A stretch of 64,000 nucleotides of DNA, taken from NCBI GenBank assembly GCA_036172245.1, contig JAYWIR010000006.1, positions 992,001 to 1,056,000 on the forward strand, read 5' to 3'. The notes beneath the pieces were generated by a model that made no database searches, was not told the origin of the DNA, and saw only the letters and a program-made list of their open reading frames with translations. The DNA comes from Raillietiella orientalis. Its lineage: Eukaryota. Each line of letters begins with the position of its first letter. Within the stretch, counting starts at the first letter, position 1. Positions 1-12,000 of the stretch are shown piece by piece. Made by a program: the position numbers and the translations under genes.

Positions 1-781
1 TTGATAAACTGAGAGCCAGAGAAGCTGCATTGATACTAAGAACATCAGGATCAGTAACACCATCCACAGCCAACAAATTGCATGTCACTTGGGTATCACA
101 ATCATATCCATCACAAAATAGGGGACGCAAAGAACGATCTGTGTTTAAAAGCACATAATCAAGAGTACAATTCCAATAATCAAGAATATATATGAAACAA
201 TTATAATAAAAATAGTACTGAAACAACTAAATGTTTCCACATGAGAATACTGGATAATGATAATTGTAATGATATGATTTTTTTTTTTTTCACAGATTTC
301 TACTTGGTCATATTGATATTGATATATGTTAAGTACCAATCATGCGACTTGTAAGAATCTCTTTCTCTGAAGGACCCAGCTCACGACGCAAAAAGTTTGT
401 AGGAATTCTTCCTGCCGCAGCAGCTTTTTGTCGGTAGTCAACAACCAAAGGTGCCATGCCACTGTTATCCTTAACTCTGGGATCACTTACAGCTGCTGCA
501 AGTACTGCTGTCTGACCCATCTGAGCAAGAGCACTGCCATCAGCTAGCCTTGCTAATTTACCAACTCCAAACCACAAAGAATGTCTAGAGAAAGAGAGAA
601 CAATTCCATAAATATGGAAAACAAACAATACTTTATTCACGTGCAATTGGAAATCGGAAAAAGATACATACTTGCCATGGGGTAGCACAACCTCCATGTC
701 AGTCCTATTTGAAAACGAGCACCGTGTTCCAAAAATAATTCTTCTCGAAACACCAAAAAGCATCAATGGTGAAAATGCCAT
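1..781 (-). CDS. PNPT1: Mitochondrial polyribonucleotide nucleotidyltransferase (PNPase), 5' exons; gene continues off the left edge
   Basis: Exons 781-672, 584-337 and 138-<1 are joined in frame by GT-AG introns. The translation contains [37 protein letters not shown] and DRSLRPLF...[29 protein letters not shown], typical of the first RNase PH domain of PNPase. The Arg/Ser-rich N-terminus resembles a mitochondrial targeting peptide. Confidence 0.96.
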
Positions 782-1537
782 AATATACGTTTTGGCTCAA
801 AGACAGTTATAAAAACATCATTCAATTTGTATACAACCACTACAATGTACTGTGATGGCTAATACACCTTGGTTAATTTTTATCACTTGATTTCTGATTA
901 ACTAAAGTTACTTAAATGTTGTAGAACATAAGGAGCACCTTTCACTAAGAACCATATGGATATTTCTCGTGTAACTTATTTAACTACACAACACGAATAA
1001 TCCTGTAATATCCGAGAATGCTGAAATTGTACTCTAAAATGCTTGCTCCACTTCTGAATAAAGGTGTGCAAAACTTTTGAAACATATTTATAGGATCTTT
1101 CAGTAGTATCGTGGGCATAATACTGCGCAGAATATGCACACTTTTGCGGTCCGGTCATTACTAATAAGGTTCCTGGCAAACGAACTGGGTATGGTCTGCT
1201 TGCTTCATCATGCGAATGTTTTCGAAGCTGTGCAATTCATCCGAATATAGTAATGCCTTTCGAGGAAGTATGATATTTAAAATCAGCTGCTACTTGCATT
1301 TTTGAATTCTTCGAATGCATCTACTTCATCTGCAAATAAAGCATAACTCTACAAAAACCTGCTTGCAATCTGTTAGCAAACACAGGCAATCTTGAGCTGC
1401 AATGTGTAACCTTTGGAGAGCGCGAGCACGTGACTCCGGCGACGGAAGAATCGCTGCGCTTCCACTTGGAAAGTTCCGAAGACATTGAAAGCAATAATGC
1501 CACAGAACGGAAAATCAAGATTGAAAGAATTCTTGAG

Positions 1538-1903
1538 CACAGAGAATAAGTGATCGAAAAAAATCATATTGGAAGGGGAATGGGGGAAAAAAAGGATGCA
1601 AATAAAAAGTGATCCACTAAAAGCCAAACTACGTTTGATACGAAGCGTACCCGGGGACTTTGATTCTCGGAAAGAACTACACATTATGGGAGAATGAAAC
1701 ATCCTGTTTTAAGGAATGCTTCAAAGTGAAGCATCTGTAAAGAGATTAGAATCCAAGTAAAAAATGTGTGTACTCATAGTTCCATTAGAAAGTTAAACGA
1801 ACATTGAAGATTTGAAAGGAATTACCTTGCTTTCTATCAAAGAGATTTACAACTAAGATAACAGTATGAAGATTAAACACGATTGGACACAGAGAATAAG
1901 TGA
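1538..1903. mobile_element. 334-bp segment flanked by an exact 16-bp direct repeat (probable target-site duplication)
   Basis: CACAGAGAATAAGTGA occurs at 1538-1553 and 1888-1903. I see no terminal inverted repeats or clear poly(A) tail inside. Confidence 0.5.
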
Positions 1904-2799
1904 CCTTACCCCATTTACTTTGATATACTTTGCAGAAAATCTAATTTGTGTACTAATTTGCCTTACTTTAAAAGACTAGAGCTTGAAAGAATTCTCATTT
2001 CCAGGATATGAGCTCGCTATGGGTTTCGGAGCCCAATCTCAAAATTTTCTATTTTCCTTTCATTAAGTGAAACAGCTGGTCACTTTCAATCCAGCAGCTA
2101 CTCTCACACTGGAAATTTTCAATCATTGGATGATTATTCATGAAGTACCGAAAGTTCTTAGTAGAACGGTAAGGACAGTGGTCCTTTAGTCGACTTTTTT
2201 GCATAGAATGAGTTCTTTGCTGAAGTTTACTTTCATTCGGTTATTATGTGGCTGAAATCAAGAATAGCAACGCGATCCCTTATGTTTCTAATGTTATGAA
2301 GGTAGGCATGAACGGAGGCACACAAGCATCATATTTTCTTCATTACATGGGTCCTTGTTTAGCAGCATGCAAAATACTTGTTGTGGACTCCAGCGGAGAG
2401 CCTTCAACAAGAGCTCTATGGCTTTCTGAAAGAAAAAAAAATACGAAAATTACAAAAGAAATTAATAATAGCTACTAGAAAGCAAAGAAAAATGGTATCA
2501 ACTAATAATTATGAATGGTTCTTGGATGTGATCCGTTTTTCAGAAGCAGTTCATTTTCAAGAAAGGGAGGATTGCTGAATCTTTTTCAGCCAGATTATTA
2601 TTTATTTGTTTTCAAGAAATCTCTGAGCAGAACTAACTATTACAGCAATTTGCATTTTCTGACTCTGATCAGTAAACTGTAATTCGAAATCAAAACGGCT
2701 GACTGCAATACTGTGTTTTAAACCTTATTTTAGAACCTTATTTTCTGGAAAAAAAAAAAAATATCACACTACATAGAAGAATGAAACAAAGAAGTGCTG

Positions 2800-5700
2800 A
2801 TTTTAAAAATAGACTTGGAACAATTCTTCTCATGACACACACTGCATCGCAAATTTGGAAAAACAGACCATCTCTTTTAAAAAATGATCTACAAAAAACG
2901 AATCACACCAATTCTGATGGTTTCTGAGAACTCACCTCCATTCTTCGAGAATCACACTTGTATGTCCAATCTCTGTAATCTTCTTTTCCACATTACTAAG
3001 GCAACTATATACCGCAGACATGATAATGTGCATCAGCTGTTGAGAGTATAATCGTTATTATAATCCAAAGTTATTGTTTGCTGGTAATGTAACACATATG
3101 TATGGTCTTAATTCTTTATCACAGGTAAAAAAAAAAAAAAAAAAGCAAAGAGTGGGGAGCAAGAAGTGGTCTCAAAAGTAAGTTCCGTGTAAGTCTGCAC
3201 ACAGAAAATGTCTTTCAGTTGACTTTTTAGTTTCAAAGATATGATTCATCATTCAGAATTCCTGCTTTGAGACTAGTTCTTAGACTGTACTTTATATCCG
3301 GTAGTGAACTCATTGCTGGAAAGAGTACGAAAAGATGTTCGAGCCAGTGTTGATAGTATAAAGTTCCACTGAAATTGTCTTGATAGCATTCATTTACCAA
3401 ACAGTGGTGTCCTGAGTCTGGTGTCAGAAGTTATGCTAAGGGAATGAGATTTCCTTCAGAAAGTACTGGTAGTTCTTTATCTGGAAATAAGAATTCGACT
3501 TTCTCTTATTTTTTTTAAAATGCAATAAGCAAATTCGAAACTCCTCACAAGTAATTAAAAAAAGATTTGTTAAGATTGCACGGAAACTACGGAGATTTCC
3601 AAAGGTTTCATTTTTCAAAAATGGTACATGGAAACTGTAGAATGAAGTGAAAAACAAACAGAATGAAATGAGATTAAGGGAATTAAAAGATGCAGTCAAA
3701 CTCCAAAATAGAGGGAGTTTTACGATTCAGTCTCATGAAATTATATTAGTAGTAATTATCTTATGATCGATAACTTATTTAACTGCCATCCATCTACGGC
3801 TCCTACTGTAGAGATATCTGGAGAAGCCAGAAGTTACCAGGATCTAGCGTTGGGGAACGCAAAAATGCTGATACTACTGCTGGTGGATTCACATTCCCAA
3901 GTGTTCTTGATGTCGAAACAAATGTTCGAGGATCATTCTGCAATCACGAAGCGCTCCTGTCTACTTCAGAATTTCAATAAGGCGTATTGCCTTGTAAAGG
4001 GGGTTCCTGCGAAGGTGACTCCATGATGGTGACTGCTCATGAAACAAGTCCTCTCCCATTATCTCAGGATCTGATACAAAATAAATATAGAACGAAATAA
4101 GCACGGAATTCCAGACTTTTCTGATTGCGCACGTGCTGCAATGAGGGGCAAAATGCATTTTATCCCTGAGATGCAAGCTAATAAAGCAAAGGGTATCTCT
4201 GAATCCAAGGTAAGCAGAATAACAAAGAATTTAAAAAGCGCTTGACTCGGCATACTGAAGGAGAACTGGTGTGTATCAGAGAAAGGTGCGAGATCTCGAA
4301 CTGATTGCTCCCAATCTCGTGTTCAACACTTACCTTTCACACCTTCCTTCTACCCACTGCTTCCCTTCCGGATTCCGTTGTTTCGGTTCACTAATTACTC
4401 AACAACCGTCCACGGAGCACCGCAGAGGCTCGACGAGGCTGCCACAGGGGCTCACAATGCCCTTGAAAACCGAGGGCTATTGCCCGCCTTGGCAGACTTG
4501 CGACTGCGCGTGTGGCAGGGAAGAATCGACTCTGAGCAAGGGGGGGTGGGTTTCGAGTCTGCGTTGATGTTTCGATTTTCCTGTCTGAAGGTGAGTTTCG
4601 AGTTCCCTCTCACCTTTCCCTGCAGCATGCCTCTGGTTGGCCTGTGGGCTCCGGGTGCGGCCACTGGTGGAATCCGAAAACTCTCGGGCGCCCGCGTTGA
4701 CTGGATGGGATTGGAAGTCGACCCTCCGGAGTTCTTCTGGGAAGCAAAAAGCCCTTCGGGGTTCCCCTTCTGGTTGGGAAGATGGAGCTGTCTCTCCCCT
4801 TAGAAGGTAACCCTCCATCGCGTACTATGGAGCTGGCTGATACCCTCCTCAAGGGGTCGCCTCTCCAGGGCGTGAGGCAGCGTGCTGCTCCCTTAGGTAG
4901 CGATCCTTCAAGGAAAAGTTGGAAGAGTCCTTCGGGACGCCCTTCAGGGGAGGAGGAAACGAGGAGTGGGTTGCGAGTTCTCCCTTGCGGGTTCTCTCTG
5001 GAGAAAAAGTTCCAGGAGCGGTCACCACCGAGGAGACCTCTCCGGCTAGTTCCCTTTGGGGCTACTTTCACAGACAATCAGGGCGAGGGTTCCCTCCCAA
5101 GAGCAAGAGGGAAACGGAGCCCTTTCTGGGCTCATAGAGTCCCTATAATGGAAGCCAACAATATAATGGGTCCCGTACTATAATGGATCCCCGTACCCTC
5201 GGGTGGCAAAGAGATTCGTGAGCCCCCAGGCGAATGGTTCTTGAGTACTAAAAAAAAAAAGCCTGTACTTCAGTCGGGAAGGAGCCCTAAGGGACCACCC
5301 TAACACAAACCCAGGACATTCCCTGCATTATTACATCAAGAATGCTCTGAGAATTGAGTCCACTCCTGTTTTACTCTCGGAGGGAACCTTCTCCCTGGTT
5401 GCCTCCCAGGGAATCCCGAAGGAGACCTCTCTTGATCCTGGGGGAATCGCTCCTTGTTTACTTTTCTAAAAGAATCCCGAAGGGAATGCTCCCGATCTAC
5501 TGGAGAAGAAACCTTCCCCAGGGGAGAGGTAATTTTGTGACGCGATGGAGGACACCCAGAGATGGGGTTCTCGGCTTTATGACACGAAGCAGAGAGGAAC
5601 CCCTAAAGCCCTGTGATTCCTAGAAGAACGCTGGAGGAGTCTACTGCCTACCCTAGCTATTCAACGGGTTTACCAGTGCGTGACAAGCGCGTCATTCCAG

Positions 5701-7800
5701 CGCCACATCCGAAGCCCGGGGAGAGCCAACAAGTGTCATCGACTCCTTTGTGCGCATTTTGAACCCCAACTCTTTGGTGCCAGCGCAGGGCAGACGTAGT
5801 CACACGACCACCAGCACCTTCTTCAGCGATGCACTGGCATTGGGCAGAAACTTCGTGCTCACCGCTTCAAGACCTAAGCTGTTAGTTGGTCTCCTTCCAT
5901 TTTGAAAGCTTTCCTTCGTTTAGCCATTTTAATGTGTGATTCCAATAGCCTACGCGAGATGCCACTAAGGAAGCATCGCTTATCCCCCCCACCTTCTGAG
6001 AATGAGAAATGGATCAAGAATTTCCACTGCCGTTCCATTCAGTACTAAGATAAATTAAATGTCTCTTTGTTTATTGATCTGCAACACAAATCCGTATGTG
6101 ATCTGCAGTTGCATTGCGTTATTTTGCCAGCCGTTATTCCATCTGTCGTTATACTGCAGCCCTGAGTGCCAGTCTTGATGACGAGGGGAGGAGCATGCAA
6201 GATAATATGAAAAATCCTCTTCGTGGGAACAGTCGATTTTCAGACAGCCTTAGTTCGTGCTAGTTTGTTCATAAATCTCGAAAAGTCATACATCCCTCCC
6301 ATCACCTCCCTTTCGACTCTGCCAAGGGTTCGAAAACCTCTGCTGGTACAGCAATAGGAATCGGATCATCAGTAGCACATTTTTACCAGAGCTGAACACA
6401 GGCAGTGACGTGGGCAATTTAAAAAAAGGGATTCTTGAGAAACACTAATGAGTTTTATTTACACAGTTCGGTGCTAAATCTCGTATCTATCACACAAAAC
6501 GCGAGGTCACCTAACTTATAAACCCCGAAGAAATTACAAAGATGAGAGAAAACGTTACAGGGATGACAAATTCTGCCTGATCAGGACTAAAATAGAGGTA
6601 AGCTGAGACTGCGGATCTCGTTAGAGCTTATAGCGAATGTGAGCAGAGACCTTCAAACCACTCGCTTTGCAAACCGGTCGAAAGAGCCTGGTGAGGGGGT
6701 GAAAGGCAAATTGAACAGCGTGGTGGTCTCTCTCTTGAGTTTCCTGCACGACAGCTGGAGCTAGCTGAAGCGGAAGAAAAAATGGGAGTCTCATCAGCTA
6801 AAGAGAATGGTTAGAGGCCCTGGAACTGCAATGGCCTTGACCTATTCTGAAACTTCGAACAGCTGAGGTCCAGCTTGCCTGAATGCTGGAACTCGAACTA
6901 TCAGAGTCGTAAACACCACCAGTAATCCGATTTCAGAGAGCAGAACTGGCAATGAACCACACGTTGAGTTACAGTACCCGATGCCAGGTTAATCTGATCT
7001 CGTGGAAAGTGTTGGACTCCATGGACGGCAGGACAGCATCCATGAGAGGATTCCAGCCTCTACATGCTCAGCGACTCACTCTCCAAAGCAACCAGTCTTG
7101 AAAACAGGTGGTGTTCAAGCACTTAGCCTCAGGTAGATGACCGCTCCTGCCTTCCAGAGATCTTCAGAAACGGCAGATCCCTTAGGTTCCGGTCATGACG
7201 GTGCGCACAGAAAGGTTTAGGAGCGCGCTCTCCTGGAGCCATCGCCGTCGGAGCAGGTTTTTTCTATTGGTAGCTAATAGTACAGAGATATTCCGAGGAC
7301 CTAGTTGTGTGAGAGTGGTGGATGAGAAGAGCCTCTGAGCCTGCTTCAGTAAATCCTGAGTCCCCTGGAGAAGGGAAACATGACTATTGAGATGATCTCT
7401 TGATTGGCTTGATTGCACTCAGGTTACTAGTGCCGACCGAAAATTTTCTTATTTGGTCCAAAAGCTTCATTTAAACATTTTAAAACTAATTGAAAGAAGG
7501 CGAAGAAGCTGCAAAGACTCTGCTAAAATCAGCCGAGGGTAGTCATTATCCCTCCACCTAATCACTCTGGAGCGCTTTTCAAAACGGAAAGAGTGGCAAA
7601 TCCCAACTTCGTTCTCGGTCACCTTTGAGATGAAGAGAGAGGAGATACAACACATATGCATTACCGGTTAAGTTATGTGTTGGACATCCTTGTAGAAATC
7701 AAGCCGCAATTTACACTTCTCCTGTTCCAACACATTCTGCTTAATAGCCTGGACGGATTCCCTTAGTGATTCGTGAAGCGGCTGAAAAATACGGCCCATT
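2800..7800 (-). mobile_element. Heavily decayed CR1/L2-like LINE relic, interrupted by a GC-richer segment at ~4380-5900
   Basis: Scattered minus-strand peptides weakly resemble LINE motifs in the expected order: ORF1-like 'CHSFRFEKRS...YPRLILAE' (~7500-7600), 'EHLGM' (~3900) and 'PSILEFDCIF' (~3690, compare RPxLEY..VWxP). Many stops; boundaries are approximate. Confidence 0.35.
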
Positions 7801-9020
7801 GGAAAATTGTGAGGTCTCGTAGAGTTTTCAGTAAAAATGCAAAGTTCAGTTCAATCTAAAAGTTTTCAAGTTTTGCCACCTTACAATACTTCAGCATCTT
7901 TTATTCTGGTGCCCAAGCATTAATTCAGTAGTATCTGTGGTAACTAAAGGTGTAATTTCATTAAAAAATTGAGTTCTGAACTGTTGTTAGTTTAATCGGT
8001 TAAGAAAGAATTTGGAAAAATGGAATAACCTATCTGTATTATTCATTTCTTGAGAAGAAAGCAATTTTTTGCATCTTCCCGCAGCATGAATATCAGATAC
8101 CTTATTATTGATCCTGGAATACTTCAGCAACAATATGAATGAAGTACAGAACTAGTTCAAGTCATGAAGATCTTAATAAATATCTTCAATCATGCAAACC
8201 GTTTAAGCACACACTACTATAAAATTGCTCGATGGATTACTATTCAAAAGGAGTTTTCCAATAAAGTCCATCTAATCGATGAGATGATCTAAGATGTTCA
8301 TTATTGGTTGCAAGTAAATTAGTATGAATGTCTTTTGACACTTGAAAAAGCTTATTACGCTGGAACATATAAAACCTATGTTTTTCACATGATGGTGAAT
8401 GCAATAATGAAAATCAATTTCTCCTCAATATAGTCGGCAATCCTTGATGTAGTATTTAAATGCAAAAATTCAAATTGCATCCGCATGTTCACCACGCACA
8501 AGTGGTGGAACATGTAAGTGCAGGACCTCAGCCTTAATAAATAGGTTCTACTGAGGGAACATACATAAGTATTTAGTTACGGTCATAATTACAGTCATAA
8601 AACCAAGCTGCTGTATAAAGTTATTTAAAATCTTGCTGTTTCTTCATTGCAACTCAGCTGTTGAAGAGTGACGAGTCCCCTGGGTTATATGTACGCGGGA
8701 AGAGTATCATAAGTTTGGTAAAAATACTGAAAGTTGACAAAAGAAAACTTAATATTTGTATGAATAGAGGATGTTGAAAGCAGACGCGTGCAGTTTCAGC
8801 CGCATAAAAAGTGCACACTTGGAAAGTACCAACCAGAATTAACTTCACTGAAGCAATTTATGATGGGAATGTTGAATTTTTCACGTAATTTTTGTTTTTC
8901 AAAGAATGACATGAACAATTCGGTTCAAACTAATGTATGGAATGACTATGGTCTTTCATCAGCCAACTGAAGGAACCGAATTTTTTTATCGAAAAGTGTA
9001 TATCATGTGCTTGCTTGAAA

Positions 9021-12000
9021 ATGGATGGACCATTACATGAACTTTCATCCAAAAATGTATGTGATTTGTTGAATTTGTATATGAAATCAAGGAATATATC
9101 CAGAAACAAGCTTTCAAAGGATGCGAAACCTGACACTTCGGTTTCAGAAAAGGTACAATTCACAATGATTATAGTCCATGAGTAATTAAGTTCATCTAGT
9201 TTATTTTAGATGGTTAGCATTTTATCATTCGTTGTTATAGTGAATTATAAAGTTTAAAAGGTATATGTTGATTATTTTCATCAAATGTAGAGATTCTTCA
9301 TCAAGTAAATTTCAGTTTGCCTTTCAGTTTCATACTTATGTAATCTAGTAAAGCAGTAAACACCAGGGTCCCTGTTAATCTTTGATATTCCATCTATAGT
9401 ATTCATGGTCAAGAAAGAATAAAGTTCTTCTGAAATATCAGAGTTTTCAATTTTTTTTTTGTGTGTGTGTTTTTGTTTGAAATGAAGTAGCTTTGTTTGT
9501 AAATAAATATTATGAAAAACAGCTCACAGTGCAAAGACGTATGAGTCGTGAACCTTTATGACTGTCTTGTATAAAATTGAGAGAGAACCATTCAAATCGA
9601 AAAATGACTTGTTAAATGTCAACTTTCTGTTGCTGACTTTGTATTTCACATTGAAAATCATGATGTACAGTATCTAAGTGATTATTCAAACAGTATTGCA
9701 GAAATTGGTTTGAAGAATAAAGAGGTAGTTTAAATTAGATACTGATGCTCTATCAAGAGTAATTATGGTTGGTGACACATTTTTTCAAAATTAAAAAAAT
9801 TGAATTTTACTTGCAGTTGATGTAATATGTTGCATGAAGTTGCTTTTTTCAAAACTTTCTGCATATTGTGGACATGTATTCTGTACAAATATGTGTCTCT
9901 GTTGAATTAGGTGAAAAGAAGCAAATCAAGTAAAACAGATGAAGACTACTATCTTTGGAGTGTTATTTCCAATAAAACCTCCAAAAGCAATGCAGTCTAC
10001 TTCACAGCAGATTCAGATGTGAATTATGACTCCCAGTTTAACAGGTCTAGATATTTTCTTTTATAAGTGTGACTATTTTAAACTCATCATGAGAATAAGT
10101 AAATTGTGAAAATAAAAACTTCATGTTTATTATGCTACAAGGCTTTCTTAGTTTTATTCTTATTTAGACCTTCTAGTGATTCTTCTAGAAATAGACTACG
10201 ATAGACTTCTAGAATTTTACTTGTAATTGTTAAATTGTATGCGTAGTCAGAGTGTACTATTTAGTGAAACTAGTTCTTTGCAAGGGTTAGGAATGAGATT
10301 GCTTTTGAAAGTACAATGAAAAATTCCATTCATTGTAATTGGCTTTAAATATTTGAAGATGTTCAAAAAAAAGAAAGACTTATACAACAATCAAGTGCTA
10401 CTGATGCTAAGAGTGTGCATCAAGGCAAAATTAGGAACTTCTCAAAAGTTGCTTTGATATCTTAGTTTTGATATGGAGGCAGGGTAAATGAGCTACATTC
10501 TTGGGAGTTCTAGGTGTTTGTACAAATCTGAAAGTTATACAATGAAATGTATATTTATAATTTATACAATTTCCATTTGGATGGAAATTGCAAATTGCCT
10601 AAGTTTGTTTAAGTTTTTGTATTTTCGATATTTGCATGTATGTGTAGTCTATAAGCAAAATCATGAAGTTTTTCACTGTTAGTATTCATTTCTTAGTGCA
10701 TGATTTGAGTTAAAGTCATAACTATTGAGCCAAAATTTATGCAAAAGCTAAGTGAACTGACTGAAATATTTTTAATGGAATTTTGTTTAAATCGTGCTTT
10801 TGTATACAAAATGGCTTGGAACAGGTTCAAATTTTCTGATTCAATTTTCGTGCACTAACATTGCATAAGTATCATAAAATTAAAAAAATAAAATAAAACA
10901 ACCAATATTGTATGCTCTTCTTGCTCTATCTCCTTTTTCTAGCATTTTAATTTGAAATTCCAATATTGAAAATTTTTTAATTATTTCCTCCTTACCCACA
11001 TATGTGAAGATCATGTTTATTATGCTGCTTACTGTTTTACAGACATGAACCATTTCTTGGTCCTGTATCATTTGTCAATCTATAGCATTATTTCCTAACC
11101 TAAAAATGAGATAACAGCTATTTCAAGAGATGATTGCATTGTTGTTGTTTGCTCTGAAACTTCTTTCATGTAATTACATTAGCAAGTCTTCAAAGCTTGC
11201 TTCCAAAGTGACAACCAAGTTAGTTAAATACATAAATTCTTTTTTAATGGCATTATGTGGTTAAGCTTTCAACAGCCAAACTGTATCGCACTCAGGAAAA
11301 GGAAGTGATTCCATTCCAACCCAAGACCCCTTTGGTGGGATGGCACTGGGATCATTCATGTCTTTCTCAAGAAATAACGAGACTACCAGAAACTTCTAGA
11401 ACAGCCAAATTTGCTCCTTTTCCAGGGGCCATTTCATATACTCACGGATTTTCTGTTAATAAAAGGCAGACAGAAGTACTTCTAAATGCAGGTTTTGATG
11501 ATGGGTCAGCAGAAAGAGTACCCAATCCTTCAGATGTTCTGTATGAACATTCAGAGGATTTCTACATTAGTCTGTCAGTGAATGAAGATATAAGTCCCTC
11601 CATAATGGTTCATCTAAGTTGTCTTCAAATAGCTTTTATGATTGAAGTAGAGGGTATAACCAGCATTCAATCTCCAGTATGCATCATGGTATTAACTTTG
11701 TTGACATCAAAATATTTGATGTAATGAGTATTTGGACTGCAGTGATTGGAAAAGGGAATTGTGGATTTCACGCTGTATTTTGTTTAAACGTAAATCCAGA
11801 TTTAACCACTCATTAGGAATTGCGTTAAATTTGCCGAAATATCTAAGACATAAATGAATGTAATGGAAGTACATTATTATATTTTAAATTTCTACCAAGT
11901 TACTGTTTTGATTTTTGCAAGTATATTTAATTGTTTTCATTAGTTTCAACCATTATATCTCCAAATCTCCCGAAAATGTGCAGGCAGAATTGGGTAAATT

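Noticed and set aside
8460..8513. Alternative first exon for TAF5L (ATG...CAT|GTAAGT); also a LisH-looking stretch at ~2390-2470
   Set aside because: 9021-9152 gives a better LisH-like motif with a phase-0 donor. The 2.4-kb stretch lacks a start and a clean donor. cDNA would be needed to exclude them fully.
11094..11103. CCTAACCTAA (and CTAACCT at 54165-54171) as an arthropod telomere repeat or telomerase RNA template
   Set aside because: Too short to exceed chance in 64 kb, with no supporting promoter or structure that I can see.
11257..11724. 155-aa ORF in TAF5L intron 2
   Set aside because: GTG start, no recognisable domain, and not needed for the TAF5L frame; probably chance or a relic.
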